This document shows positions 29,996 through 39,061 of a DNA stretch of 64,000 nt, one piece after another; within the stretch, counting starts at the first letter, position 1, and every line of letters starts with the position of its first letter. Under the pieces are notes generated by a model. The model was not told the DNA's origin. It did not search any database and saw only the letters and a program-made list of their open reading frames with translations. A program made the translations under genes and the position numbers. The DNA comes from a virus, in the UHGV virus genome UHGV-1332848. One strand, written 5' to 3'.

Positions 29996-30190
29996 TTATT
30001 CTTCACTGGGGAAGTCTTCTACTTTTCCCATTTGTAAAGTAACGCCTTCTATTTCTAAAAATTCATTCAGTTTTTCAGTTAAATTATATACCTTTTCATT
30101 GTCCTTAGTTGTTTCTACTATAATAAAATCTCCATCTTCATTTTTGCTTATACAAGCATTTGCGAATTTTAATGTAGTTGATTTCTTCAT
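29996..30190 (-). CDS. Hypothetical protein (64 aa)
   Basis: Short ORF downstream of the HU gene; RBS present. Confidence 0.3.
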   Translation of the reverse strand: MKKSTTLKFANACISKNEDGDFIIVETTKDNEKVYNLTEKLNEFLEIEGVTLQMGKVEDFPSEE

Positions 30191-30201
30191 AATTCACACT
30201 C

Positions 30202-30477
30202 CTACGCTAAATTTTTCATAAGACTAGTCTTTTTAATTTTAATCTCATCATGTGCTGGAGTTGAATATTCTCTTCCTAAAGCTACTCCTGTTTTCCCTTC
30301 AACGTGTTTCTTTTCTAGCGTAAAGTATTGTCCAATCTTAACTTTTTCATCAACTTCTAAAGCTTCTGCTATTGATTCAAATGCTAAGTCAATCTTATCT
30401 AAAAATTCACCTGCTTCTTTCTTAGTTTCAAAACCAAGTTTTCCCTTTAATAATTCTACTAATTCTTTTTTATCCAT
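30202..30477 (-). CDS. HU/IHF-family nucleoid DNA-binding protein
   Basis: 91 aa. MDKKELVELLKGKLGFETKKEAGEFLDKIDLAFESIAEAL...GREYSTPAHDEIKIK matches the HU beta-arm architecture. Confidence 0.65.
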   Translation of the reverse strand: MDKKELVELLKGKLGFETKKEAGEFLDKIDLAFESIAEALEVDEKVKIGQYFTLEKKHVEGKTGVALGREYSTPAHDEIKIKKTSLMKNLA

Positions 30478-30741
30478 AATTCTTATCTCTCCTTCATTCT
30501 CTCTTTATTTTTTAATTAATTATTATATAAAACAGGTTTCTCACGCCTGTATTTAACTTTTTATTCTCATTATCATTCCCTAATGGACAAGGCTGAATAC
30601 TCAGCCAAGCCACCAGAGAGATTGTATGAGAGGTGGATATTATTTTCTGATATTCAGAAAATCGGTAGAATTTCCTTCTCTACCTTATGTAGGAAACTCA
30701 ACTTTCTCGTTAAGTGGCTATTTTACTAGGTTTCAAATAGA

Positions 30742-33474
30742 TTATAAAATCATTTTTGTGGACTTTTTGTACGTTTTTTCATATATTTTTAATTTATTAT
30801 TTAAATTTTCATTATCCTCAGTTAATACTTCAACGTCACCTTTTAACTGTTTGAATAAATTTAAGAATTGATTTTTGTGTGCTAAGAATAATATATTTAA
30901 CAAAATAAGTCCTATTCTTTTTAAATTCCCATACTTATCATTATACTCACTCCCCAGCCTATATATAAGTGTTGTAAAAGTTTCATCTGATATTTTTAAC
31001 TTAGATATAAAATCAACAATCTTCTCTTTTTTTATTACTGAATACCTGATTTTATCTTCATAACACATGTTACTAGCCCATACACCATTTATCTCATTAT
31101 TTAATTTACCAACCTTATTTATTATATTTTGCATCTGTTTCCTATCAGATTTATGATTGTTTCCATCTACTAGTAAATCAGTTAAACTAATAGTACTATC
31201 TATACTCTCTATTTTAGGCACTTCTTTGTCTATTATTTGTTCTAGGTAATCCATAGGTGTATCTTTTTTAATAAACTTATAGTTTTTCCCCTCACCTACA
31301 AATTTAAAAAAGTAAGGTCTGCACATAGCTTTTCTTTTTCTCTTATCTCTGATGATTTCACCATATGATATATATTCTCCATCTCTAATTGTTTTAAGCT
31401 CTATATCAGAATCAACAACAGATTCTTTTTTTGCTTTATCTATTTCTATACAGCTCATTACATCTAACTGACTTATAATTTCATATAATCCTTCTAATGA
31501 TTTTCCTTTTTTAAACCTATCCCAATATTCACTATTCAATATCTGAGATAAGTTTATGATTTCACCAATAAGATTCTTACTTGTTTTAATATCTAAATCT
31601 ATTTTATCTTCAACACTATTAGTCCTATTAACTGTTTTTTTAGGTGTAAAATCTGTAGGCACTAAAAATTTACCATATATCTTTTTCGCACTATTAACCA
31701 AAATTTCATTATCTGTAATTAATATCTGATCAGAGTCAAAATCAGCCCCTGAGAGTCTTTCTAATAAATTATTACCTATGCTGTTTACATGAATTATAAA
31801 ATTGCTAGTGTTAAAGTATTTATCTAATAATTCATTATATTTGTTTTTACAACACCATACATTACCCATCGTGACATGAGGAGACCTTATTCCTATTAAA
31901 TATATGTTATATCCGAAAGATTTAACACTTACCTCATCTATCCCCAAAGTACTATCACCATAAAACATACCGCAAGAAGCCTTTAGCATCTCATAACCAT
32001 TTCCAAATAAAACACTATAATTCCCATTTATTAAAACGTGTCCTTTTCTTATATTGTTCTTGTATGACTGTATTAAATTATCTTTGTACTTTCTAAATAT
32101 CTTTGTATTTGCAAAGTTATCATTAATCATTAGTAATCTATAGACCAGTTCATCGCTATTAGTAAAATCGAACCTTTCGTCTTCTAAGTCCCATTTCTCA
32201 ATTTTTTCCAAGCTTATTCCTATATGATTTCTAAGCACTGCCAAATCATCTTTTAATAACTTTATGTAATCTAAGCTAGGTCTTAACAATTCCCTCATGT
32301 CGTCATAGCTTAATGGTAATGTATTTAGTAATTGATAATGTGTTTGAACCATCTCGTGCATATTGGTTGGTGGTTTCTCATATTTTACCACACCAAACCT
32401 TTCATCTGAATTAGTTATCCAATACTCTAAACATTTGTCTCTATCATCACCAAAAGTTTTATAATTTTTGAATTTTAGATACTTTATGCTACTTGGAGTT
32501 GTTATTAGTTTTATATCCTCAACCTTTTTAGCTAAAGTAAAGCCTTTTAACTGATTAATATTATATACTTTGTTATCTTTAAAAAACTGTTGAATATTAG
32601 TATTGAAACAAGCTGATTTAAAAAATCTATTTCTTAACAACAAAAATCCTTTATCTTTATATTTCTCTTCAAAAACACTTGCATCTAACAAAGATTGACC
32701 ATCCCAAATACTATTAGATATTATTGTTTTCTTTTTTGAAGTAATTAATTTTTGTTCTTCCTCACACCATTCTGTAGCCATTACTATATCCTCAAATTGA
32801 CTTTTAAAATCTTCAATTACTAATATAGATTTTGGATCTATATGTATGGTGTCTATTATTGATGATGTTGTAAGACTTATATATGCCTCCATGGAAGCTA
32901 AATCCATTTTGTCGTTCTTCCCATACTTTAACCCCATATAAGACCATTCCATCATGTTTTTGTATAAATCTTTTCTTATAAATAGGCATTTCCCAACCCT
33001 ACTTGAGCCACTGCTTCTTTTAAATCTAACATAATGCTTGCCATCTAATTTAAATCCATTTTTATAAAGTTCCTCCCTAATTTCTTTTGTAGTCATGTCT
33101 TTATGTTGATACAATCCAAACGCTATATCACTATCTTCAATCCTTTTACCATTTTCTCTTTTATATGTATAACTAACCCTATCGAAATTCTTATTGTTCA
33201 TATCTTTTTCATCGTTTATGTCTAAATCAATCTTTTTATTTCTATTACCATAGTTAAAAGTAACATTAACAACTGCCTTAGTATACTGTTTACCCTCTTT
33301 TTTATAAAATAATTTATTGTTAATTTCACTTATCTTTATAGCTTCTAGACTATAATCTAAGCTACCTTTAAAAAGATTATTTTTATTTTTTGTCTCATAA
33401 CCTTTTTTATTTTTTTGGGAATTTATAATATCTTTCCCTTCTAAGCTTATTATATAAGTATTAACCTTCTCCAT
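30742..33474 (-). CDS. Single-subunit RNA polymerase candidate, YonO / RdRP-like two-barrel type
   Basis: 910 aa. Residues 529-539 IRSPHVTMGNV match the beta-prime R-x-P-T-L-H-R...G strand. Residues 574-584 LSGADFDSDQ match beta-prime NADFDGDQ (the three Mg-binding Asp are kept as D-x-D-x-D). Spacing about 45 aa, as in beta-prime and QDE-1. Confidence 0.5.
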   Translation of the reverse strand: MEKVNTYIISLEGKDIINSQKNKKGYETKNKNNLFKGSLDYSLEAIKISEINNKLFYKKEGKQYTKAVVNVTFNYGNRNKKIDLDINDEKDMNNKNFDRVSYTYKRENGKRIEDSDIAFGLYQHKDMTTKEIREELYKNGFKLDGKHYVRFKRSSGSSRVGKCLFIRKDLYKNMMEWSYMGLKYGKNDKMDLASMEAYISLTTSSIIDTIHIDPKSILVIEDFKSQFEDIVMATEWCEEEQKLITSKKKTIISNSIWDGQSLLDASVFEEKYKDKGFLLLRNRFFKSACFNTNIQQFFKDNKVYNINQLKGFTLAKKVEDIKLITTPSSIKYLKFKNYKTFGDDRDKCLEYWITNSDERFGVVKYEKPPTNMHEMVQTHYQLLNTLPLSYDDMRELLRPSLDYIKLLKDDLAVLRNHIGISLEKIEKWDLEDERFDFTNSDELVYRLLMINDNFANTKIFRKYKDNLIQSYKNNIRKGHVLINGNYSVLFGNGYEMLKASCGMFYGDSTLGIDEVSVKSFGYNIYLIGIRSPHVTMGNVWCCKNKYNELLDKYFNTSNFIIHVNSIGNNLLERLSGADFDSDQILITDNEILVNSAKKIYGKFLVPTDFTPKKTVNRTNSVEDKIDLDIKTSKNLIGEIINLSQILNSEYWDRFKKGKSLEGLYEIISQLDVMSCIEIDKAKKESVVDSDIELKTIRDGEYISYGEIIRDKRKRKAMCRPYFFKFVGEGKNYKFIKKDTPMDYLEQIIDKEVPKIESIDSTISLTDLLVDGNNHKSDRKQMQNIINKVGKLNNEINGVWASNMCYEDKIRYSVIKKEKIVDFISKLKISDETFTTLIYRLGSEYNDKYGNLKRIGLILLNILFLAHKNQFLNLFKQLKGDVEVLTEDNENLNNKLKIYEKTYKKSTKMIL

Positions 33475-33512
33475 TAATTCACCCCGTCATTTTTAATTAA
33501 TTATTATATCTA

Positions 33513-33743
33513 TTAAAATACCCTTATTACAAGACAATACCCTTCACTTATTACTTCATAATCTACAAAATAATCATAGTTTTCTGTTATGTAATCACAC
33601 ACCATTATAGCTTTTCCTTCTATTTTCTCGACATCTATATATGTATTAAACTTCTCACTAACTAGTTTATCTTCCCTTATCTCAAAACCTAACTTATAAT
33701 TTTTATTTAATTCCCCTTTAATTTGTTCTAAATCTTCTCTCAT
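33513..33743 (-). CDS. Hypothetical protein (76 aa)
   Basis: RBS AAAGGAGAGAG immediately preceded by the AATAATTAATTAAAAA motif. Confidence 0.35.
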   Translation of the reverse strand: MREDLEQIKGELNKNYKLGFEIREDKLVSEKFNTYIDVEKIEGKAIMVCDYITENYDYFVDYEVISEGYCLVIRVF

Positions 33744-33834
33744 ATCTCTCTCCTTTTTAATTAATTATTAAAATTCAAATTTTATCAACTTATTCCGTTA
33801 TTTATATGTATTTTTTCTGAATTGCGAAATATGG

Positions 33835-34020
33835 TTAAGCCAAATAATATTTACGTTCCTTAAATTTTTCCCACTCTTTAATGTTATTAAATATTCTTGT
33901 ATCAATCCCTCTACTTCCCCAACAGATGGTATTAAACGTTACTTTTATCTTATCAATACCATCAATTTTAACACCTTCAATGCTTATAACATCTTCTATC
34001 CAAACCTCTAATAAATTCAT
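33835..34020 (-). CDS. Hypothetical protein (61 aa)
   Basis: Short ORF downstream of two tandem motif copies. Confidence 0.3.
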   Translation of the reverse strand: MNLLEVWIEDVISIEGVKIDGIDKIKVTFNTICWGSRGIDTRIFNNIKEWEKFKERKYYLA

Positions 34021-34321
34021 TTATATTCTCTCCTTCTAATTCGTAATAATTTCAAATAACTATTATAAGACTTTTAAGCCATTTAAAGCCCCTTATTTTT
34101 GATTTCAATTCTTACCCTATAACTTATACCTCTAACCTCCCAACTCTATTCCTAGAGTCAAATTTTGCACTCAAAGTCTATAATAATAACCTTACATATA
34201 CTCACCCCCTCAAATATAGCTCTTAACCTTTTTAATTAATTATTTTATGTGTGGAATTTTTATCCACAATCTTATTGTACATCTTATTCCAAATAATTGC
34301 AATAGTTTTTAATTAATTATT

Positions 34322-35083
34322 TTATAAAGATTTACTAATCAGTTTCCAACCTTGATTTTCCCAATAAAATAAGGATTGCTTTAATCCATATTTCAATTCA
34401 TCTTCATTAATAGCATATACATTTGGTGCTTCCATTATAATTTTATCTCTTTTTATTTTACCTATATTGCCATAGTGTATTAAACCTAACTCCTTTAAGA
34501 ACTTCAAATATGTATTAAGTGTCTGTTTAGATATACTTAAATCCTTAGATATATTATCTTGTTTCTCCCAAAACACTTCAGCCATACCACCAGTTATACT
34601 AATATTACTTATTCCATCATTTCTTTTTATGATTCTAGCCAATATGTAAAAATATATATTAATTAAAGTCATTTTGTTTAGTTTAGTTTCACTATCAATT
34701 ATTTTTAAATAATTATTCATATCTAAAGAAAACCAATTAATTTTATGTCCTTTTTCGTTAAGATCATATGGTAGTATTACTCTTCCTTTTAACAATTTTG
34801 TCAGATTAATCTTGTCAATGTTAGTATTCAAATTTAATAACTCGTAATCAATCAACTTTCTTATGATATTTTTAAACTTTTCATTTGTCCTATTTGCTCC
34901 AGTCCTTAAACTACACCCTGATGTTATTATTAAATCTTCTAATGAGAAATAACACTTTTCTAATTTATTTGTTGTACACATTAAATAGCTAATAACATAT
35001 GGTAATTTGTAGTCAAACTCCTTTAATAAATTTTTATCTAGTATTATCTTCTTTGGTATCATTATAAATCCATCCATCAACAC
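34322..35083 (-). CDS. Putative replication-associated protein with a C-terminal HTH
   Basis: 253 aa. Helix-turn-helix-like LSISKQTLNTYLKFLKELGLIHY. Adjacent to the rep/iteron region. Confidence 0.3.
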   Translation of the reverse strand: MLMDGFIMIPKKIILDKNLLKEFDYKLPYVISYLMCTTNKLEKCYFSLEDLIITSGCSLRTGANRTNEKFKNIIRKLIDYELLNLNTNIDKINLTKLLKGRVILPYDLNEKGHKINWFSLDMNNYLKIIDSETKLNKMTLINIYFYILARIIKRNDGISNISITGGMAEVFWEKQDNISKDLSISKQTLNTYLKFLKELGLIHYGNIGKIKRDKIIMEAPNVYAINEDELKYGLKQSLFYWENQGWKLISKSL

Positions 35084-35747
35084 ACCTCCTTTTTCTCTTG
35101 GAATCTAATTTTGGTATTGTTAGCAGTACATATTTAAAGTAATTTGTAGAATATTTGGTATCCCTAGGAGTACCAAAATTAGACTACTAATAATAAAGAC
35201 TATAACTAAAATAATAAAAACTAAATATTCTACTTGCACCATTAACGATGGCACAAGTAAGTTTTCGCTTTAGCTCCTTCTCACCCCTTCTTATTTTATT
35301 TTAATTAATTATTTTACTATTGTCAATATTTTCTTTTTCTGGTACGGTATATAAAAATAGCAGGAATATTTATCTACTCCTGCTAATATAAATATATCAA
35401 TCCACTATTTTTATTGCATAGCTTTATTTTTCATTTAAAGCCATTCTAAGACGTTTTAATTTTAGACTATAACTTATTCGACTTTGTATTTAAAATCATT
35501 CCTAAAGCCTTGTAGTGAGTTTTAAGGCTATGTGTGTTTATAAATTATATTATTTTTGTTTTTACTATGCTATGCAACTTATTATTCTATGTCCAAATAT
35601 CTATTTTATACATAAGGCTTTTAATCACATTTAAAGGCTCTATTTTAGTTTTTATTTCTTGATGATAAATTGTGCCTATTGAGTGCTAGAAACGATTCTA
35701 GGTGACATTTTATGAGTTTTATCCCTATTAAAACCATATTAATATTT

Positions 35748-36020
35748 TATAGTGGTATTGAGTTCTAATCTAGTAATCAAATAGTTTGCTAAACTTTATA
35801 TTTGTAGTACTGAATTATAAAACTATACTCTATACTGAAAATATAAGCTACTTAATCACCATAATTATATCAAGTAACCGTGGTATTGAATGATAACTTT
35901 ATAGTTTTTTGGTGATTAATTAGCTTATCTTTAATAGAAAATAATACGTTTTGTGATTCTTTTTTTATATTCTTGTATACCATTTGCTCACTTTTCGAGA
36001 ATGTGGTATTCAATTCTAAA
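35748..36020. repeat. Dispersed iteron copies (GTGGTATTGA core) downstream of rep
   Basis: Copies at about 35751, 35878 and 36001, plus an internal copy at 36270; same core as the 22-bp array at 37234-37345. Confidence 0.5.
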
Positions 36021-37215
36021 TAATAACCTCAAATTCAGATACGTCGTATTTACCATATGGTAAACCTGCAAAAGTATAAGTTTTTATATTTTCAACAGCC
36101 CCTATACTATCTTTGTAGTCCACATATCTTAATAATGCTGAAATATATGACATTGTATCTAATCTGCAATATTTAGTTATGTCCTCATAATCTATACCAA
36201 TCTCTCTTAATCTAGCCACAATTTCCTCGTCTGTTGTATATTTGTTAAGTCCTTTGAGTTTAAGTCTAACTGTGGTATTGAATACTAAATTTATGCCATC
36301 GTTAGAATCTATATTATATGCTTCAAAGAATTTAACTGTCTTTAATTCTTCTAAAGCTTCTTTCAACCTTCTTATCCAATAGTAAGAATCTTGTTTAGTT
36401 TGTATTTGTATTCCCAAATAATCATATAATGTTTGTAATTTTATATATTTTTCATTACCATGTGACCACTGCGTTAATATTAATAGCATTTTTTTAGCTA
36501 TATTATTTTTCAATAACTTATATTTTTTATAATCATATAGCTTAAAGTAATTGCTAACTAAATTACTAAAAAAGAACTCATCTATTTGGACACTTTGAAA
36601 ATCCCTAATATCTTCATGATGTAGAAGTTCTCTACCTTCTAGTTTTCTAGTTTCAACTGAATAACTTTTGTACTTCGATATTATCCTACTACTCTCTTCT
36701 CCGTTGAAACTACTTACATAAGCACCTTCTTTTTGATTTCTGATTGCCTGTTTGCTATATATAGTTGTTTCAACCAAACATTTTATTGACTTTTCAAGTC
36801 TTTCTTTTGTTGCCTTTCCAAAACCCTTCAAACCCATCTCTTTTGCAAGTTCTCTATAGGTAAAATTAATAACATTACTCATATTTTCAACTTTATTATC
36901 ACTCGATACCACAATTTTATTATCCATATTTTTTGACTGTATTTTAAATAGAGCCATTAGTACATCCATTTCATATATAGTTGGGCATCCTAAGTCAGCA
37001 GATCCTTTTACTGTTAGTTCAACTTCTACGCCATTTCTAATCCAACGCCTAACCAGCATCTTTTCTTTTTTTCTTTTAAGAGATATAAAAGGCAATGTCA
37101 TTAAGTTGGATTCATTAAACGACTGATGAGGTTTTATAGTTATAACTTTTCCACAATCTGAATCATTGATATTATTAGCTTCAGCTATGTTTTCCACATT
37201 ATCCACACCTTTCAA
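36016..37215 (-). CDS. Replication initiator protein (plasmid-type Rep, RepA_N-like)
   Basis: 399 aa; flanked on both sides by iterons; N-terminal region with LMTLPFISLKRKKEK typical of Firmicutes RepA_N initiators. Confidence 0.5.
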   Translation of the reverse strand: MKGVDNVENIAEANNINDSDCGKVITIKPHQSFNESNLMTLPFISLKRKKEKMLVRRWIRNGVEVELTVKGSADLGCPTIYEMDVLMALFKIQSKNMDNKIVVSSDNKVENMSNVINFTYRELAKEMGLKGFGKATKERLEKSIKCLVETTIYSKQAIRNQKEGAYVSSFNGEESSRIISKYKSYSVETRKLEGRELLHHEDIRDFQSVQIDEFFFSNLVSNYFKLYDYKKYKLLKNNIAKKMLLILTQWSHGNEKYIKLQTLYDYLGIQIQTKQDSYYWIRRLKEALEELKTVKFFEAYNIDSNDGINLVFNTTVRLKLKGLNKYTTDEEIVARLREIGIDYEDITKYCRLDTMSYISALLRYVDYKDSIGAVENIKTYTFAGLPYGKYDVSEFEVII

Positions 37216-37233
37216 TTAGACTTTAAATATCAC

Positions 37234-37345
37234 CGTGGTATTGAGTGTTAATCATCGTGGTATTGAATGATAATGACTGTGGTATTGAATGTTATCCACA
37301 GTGGTATTGAATACAAACAATTGTGGTATTGAGTGTTAAAAAAAT
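37234..37345. repeat. Iteron array, five direct repeats at exact 22-bp spacing (putative theta origin / Rep operator)
   Basis: cCGTGGTATTGAGTG / tCGTGGTATTGAATG / cTGTGGTATTGAATG / cAGTGGTATTGAATA / tTGTGGTATTGAGTG starting at 37236, 37258, 37280, 37302, 37324; immediately upstream of the rep start codon. Confidence 0.75.
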
Positions 37346-37519
37346 TATGTTAAGCCTTATTATGACTTAATTTGACGATTTGTGTTACTACGTATATAGT
37401 TTCTATAGTTATATATTACATATGTATATAATTACAGGTAAGAGATACTATATATAAAACACTCAACACCATTTCTATTCAATTTATATTTAATTATAGC
37501 ATATTTTTACAAATTATGT

Positions 37520-38254
37520 TTAAATGTTCAATAATTTTCTAAACCAATTCTTTTTATTTTTTAAAGACTCTATTTCTTCTTTGGTTACATAACTAGTTTT
37601 AAAAGTTTCTTTGATTTCATTTAGTGAAGACTTGAAGTCATTTTGACTTTCCTCTAAGTTATTGCTAAAATTATCTAATAATTCCAAATCCCTATTTTTC
37701 TGATTAGTCTCAATATCATCCAAAAGTTTCTTTGTAGAAGATTCATGTCTTTCTAATTTAGAATCGAGGGATTCATTAAACTCATCTAATGCGTAATTTA
37801 GTTTTTGATTTTGGGCTTCAGCGTAAATTTCCATAAAGGTTTTTAAGCTATCTACTATTTGATTCCTCATAATTTCTAATTTTTCATCTTGTTTTTGAGT
37901 TATTTGAATAGCTAATGCTTCGAATCCCAATGGATCATTAGGATTAATTAAACCACTATTGTATTCACCAAAACTAAAACCACGTTTAGATATTATCTCC
38001 CTTATTTGTGTATAAGAATATTTCTTATCAACCAACTCCTTGATGAATTTCAAATTATCTATATCTTTTTTTGTATATTTCCTTCTTCCGTTTTCTCTCT
38101 TCAACTCTAATAAATCACCAAATGACTCATCTTTAGCCCAATTTCTAATTGTAGTTACTGGTTCATTTAGTATCTCCGCTACTTGTACTGCTGTATAATA
38201 AATGTCATCTTTTAATTCGGTATATGAAACATCGGTAAAATTTAAATTTTCCAT
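37520..38254 (-). CDS. tubY: TubY-like regulator (MerR-type HTH plus coiled coil plus Lys-rich amphipathic tail)
   Basis: 244 aa. N-terminal MerR-like HTH (YTAVQVAEILNEPVTTIRNWAKD), long coiled coil, C-terminus KNKKNWFRKLLNI. Divergent from tubRZ across the AT-rich centromere. Confidence 0.4.
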   Translation of the reverse strand: MENLNFTDVSYTELKDDIYYTAVQVAEILNEPVTTIRNWAKDESFGDLLELKRENGRRKYTKKDIDNLKFIKELVDKKYSYTQIREIISKRGFSFGEYNSGLINPNDPLGFEALAIQITQKQDEKLEIMRNQIVDSLKTFMEIYAEAQNQKLNYALDEFNESLDSKLERHESSTKKLLDDIETNQKNRDLELLDNFSNNLEESQNDFKSSLNEIKETFKTSYVTKEEIESLKNKKNWFRKLLNI

Positions 38255-38269
38255 AAGAATTTCCTCCTA

Positions 38270-38720
38270 ATCAAAATGGAATAAATTATATATATTATAA
38301 TTTTATATGTAAATTAGAAGAATTACAATAGTTTAATAATTTAATTATATTACTTAAATTTAGTTGAAAAGTTTTGTTATATAAATTTAGTTAAGTTTAT
38401 AATATTAATTTGTTTAGTTTAGTTTAATCTAATATATTTTAATTATACTTTAATAATTGTTTAATTACTATTTAATAATATATTAATGATAATTTAGTAT
38501 AAGTTTAATAATATTTTAATAATTAAATATAAATAAAGTTAATATTAATATATATTGAAAAAAATATTAAACTATAATGTAACATTTATTAAATGGTTAT
38601 AATATAATTATGAATATAAGAATAAATACTTATTAATATAATATTGTTTTATATTGACATTATATTTAATTTATAGTATTTTATTAATTATGAAGTATAG
38701 TTATAGCAACTAAAGTGAGG
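38270..38720. promoter_or_regulatory. Extremely AT-rich repeat region: putative tubC centromere and divergent promoters
   Basis: About 450 bp, almost devoid of G/C, with reiterated TTTAGTT and TTTAATAAT(T) units between the divergent tubY-like and tubR genes. Confidence 0.4.
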
Positions 38721-38728
38721 TGTAAAAA

Positions 38729-39061
38729 GTGGAATATGGTTCTATGTTTAATAAGAATGACTACGTTATACTTGAAATGTTAATTGCAGAAGAATGCAAT
38801 TCGCCATACAAATCATTAACAAAACAATTCATAATAAAACAGTCTGGATTTTCACATGTTAAAGTACAACAAGTTTTAAAATCTTTTTTGCTTGTTGGAT
38901 TTGTAAAAGAAGGTACAAAAGATGGTAATAACAAAACATATTATTATACCGACAAGGGGAAAGAACACTATATGCAGGTTTTTGAGTATTCAAATGAAGA
39001 TATAGAGATTTTAGTAGAAAATAATAAAGAGAATGAAAATAATAATCAGGAGGAAAGTTAA
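38729..39061 (+). CDS. tubR: TubR-like centromere-binding protein (winged HTH)
   Basis: 110 aa, directly upstream of tubZ and translationally coupled to it (TAAATG); small acidic HTH protein. Confidence 0.5.
   Translation: MEYGSMFNKNDYVILEMLIAEECNSPYKSLTKQFIIKQSGFSHVKVQQVLKSFLLVGFVKEGTKDGNNKTYYYTDKGKEHYMQVFEYSNEDIEILVENNKENENNNQEES

Noticed and set aside
37234-37345. Regular direct repeats that could be taken for a CRISPR array
   Set aside because: The repeat period is 22 bp with no unique spacers, and the repeats are degenerate at the flanking positions. They lie next to a rep gene, so they are iterons, not CRISPR.
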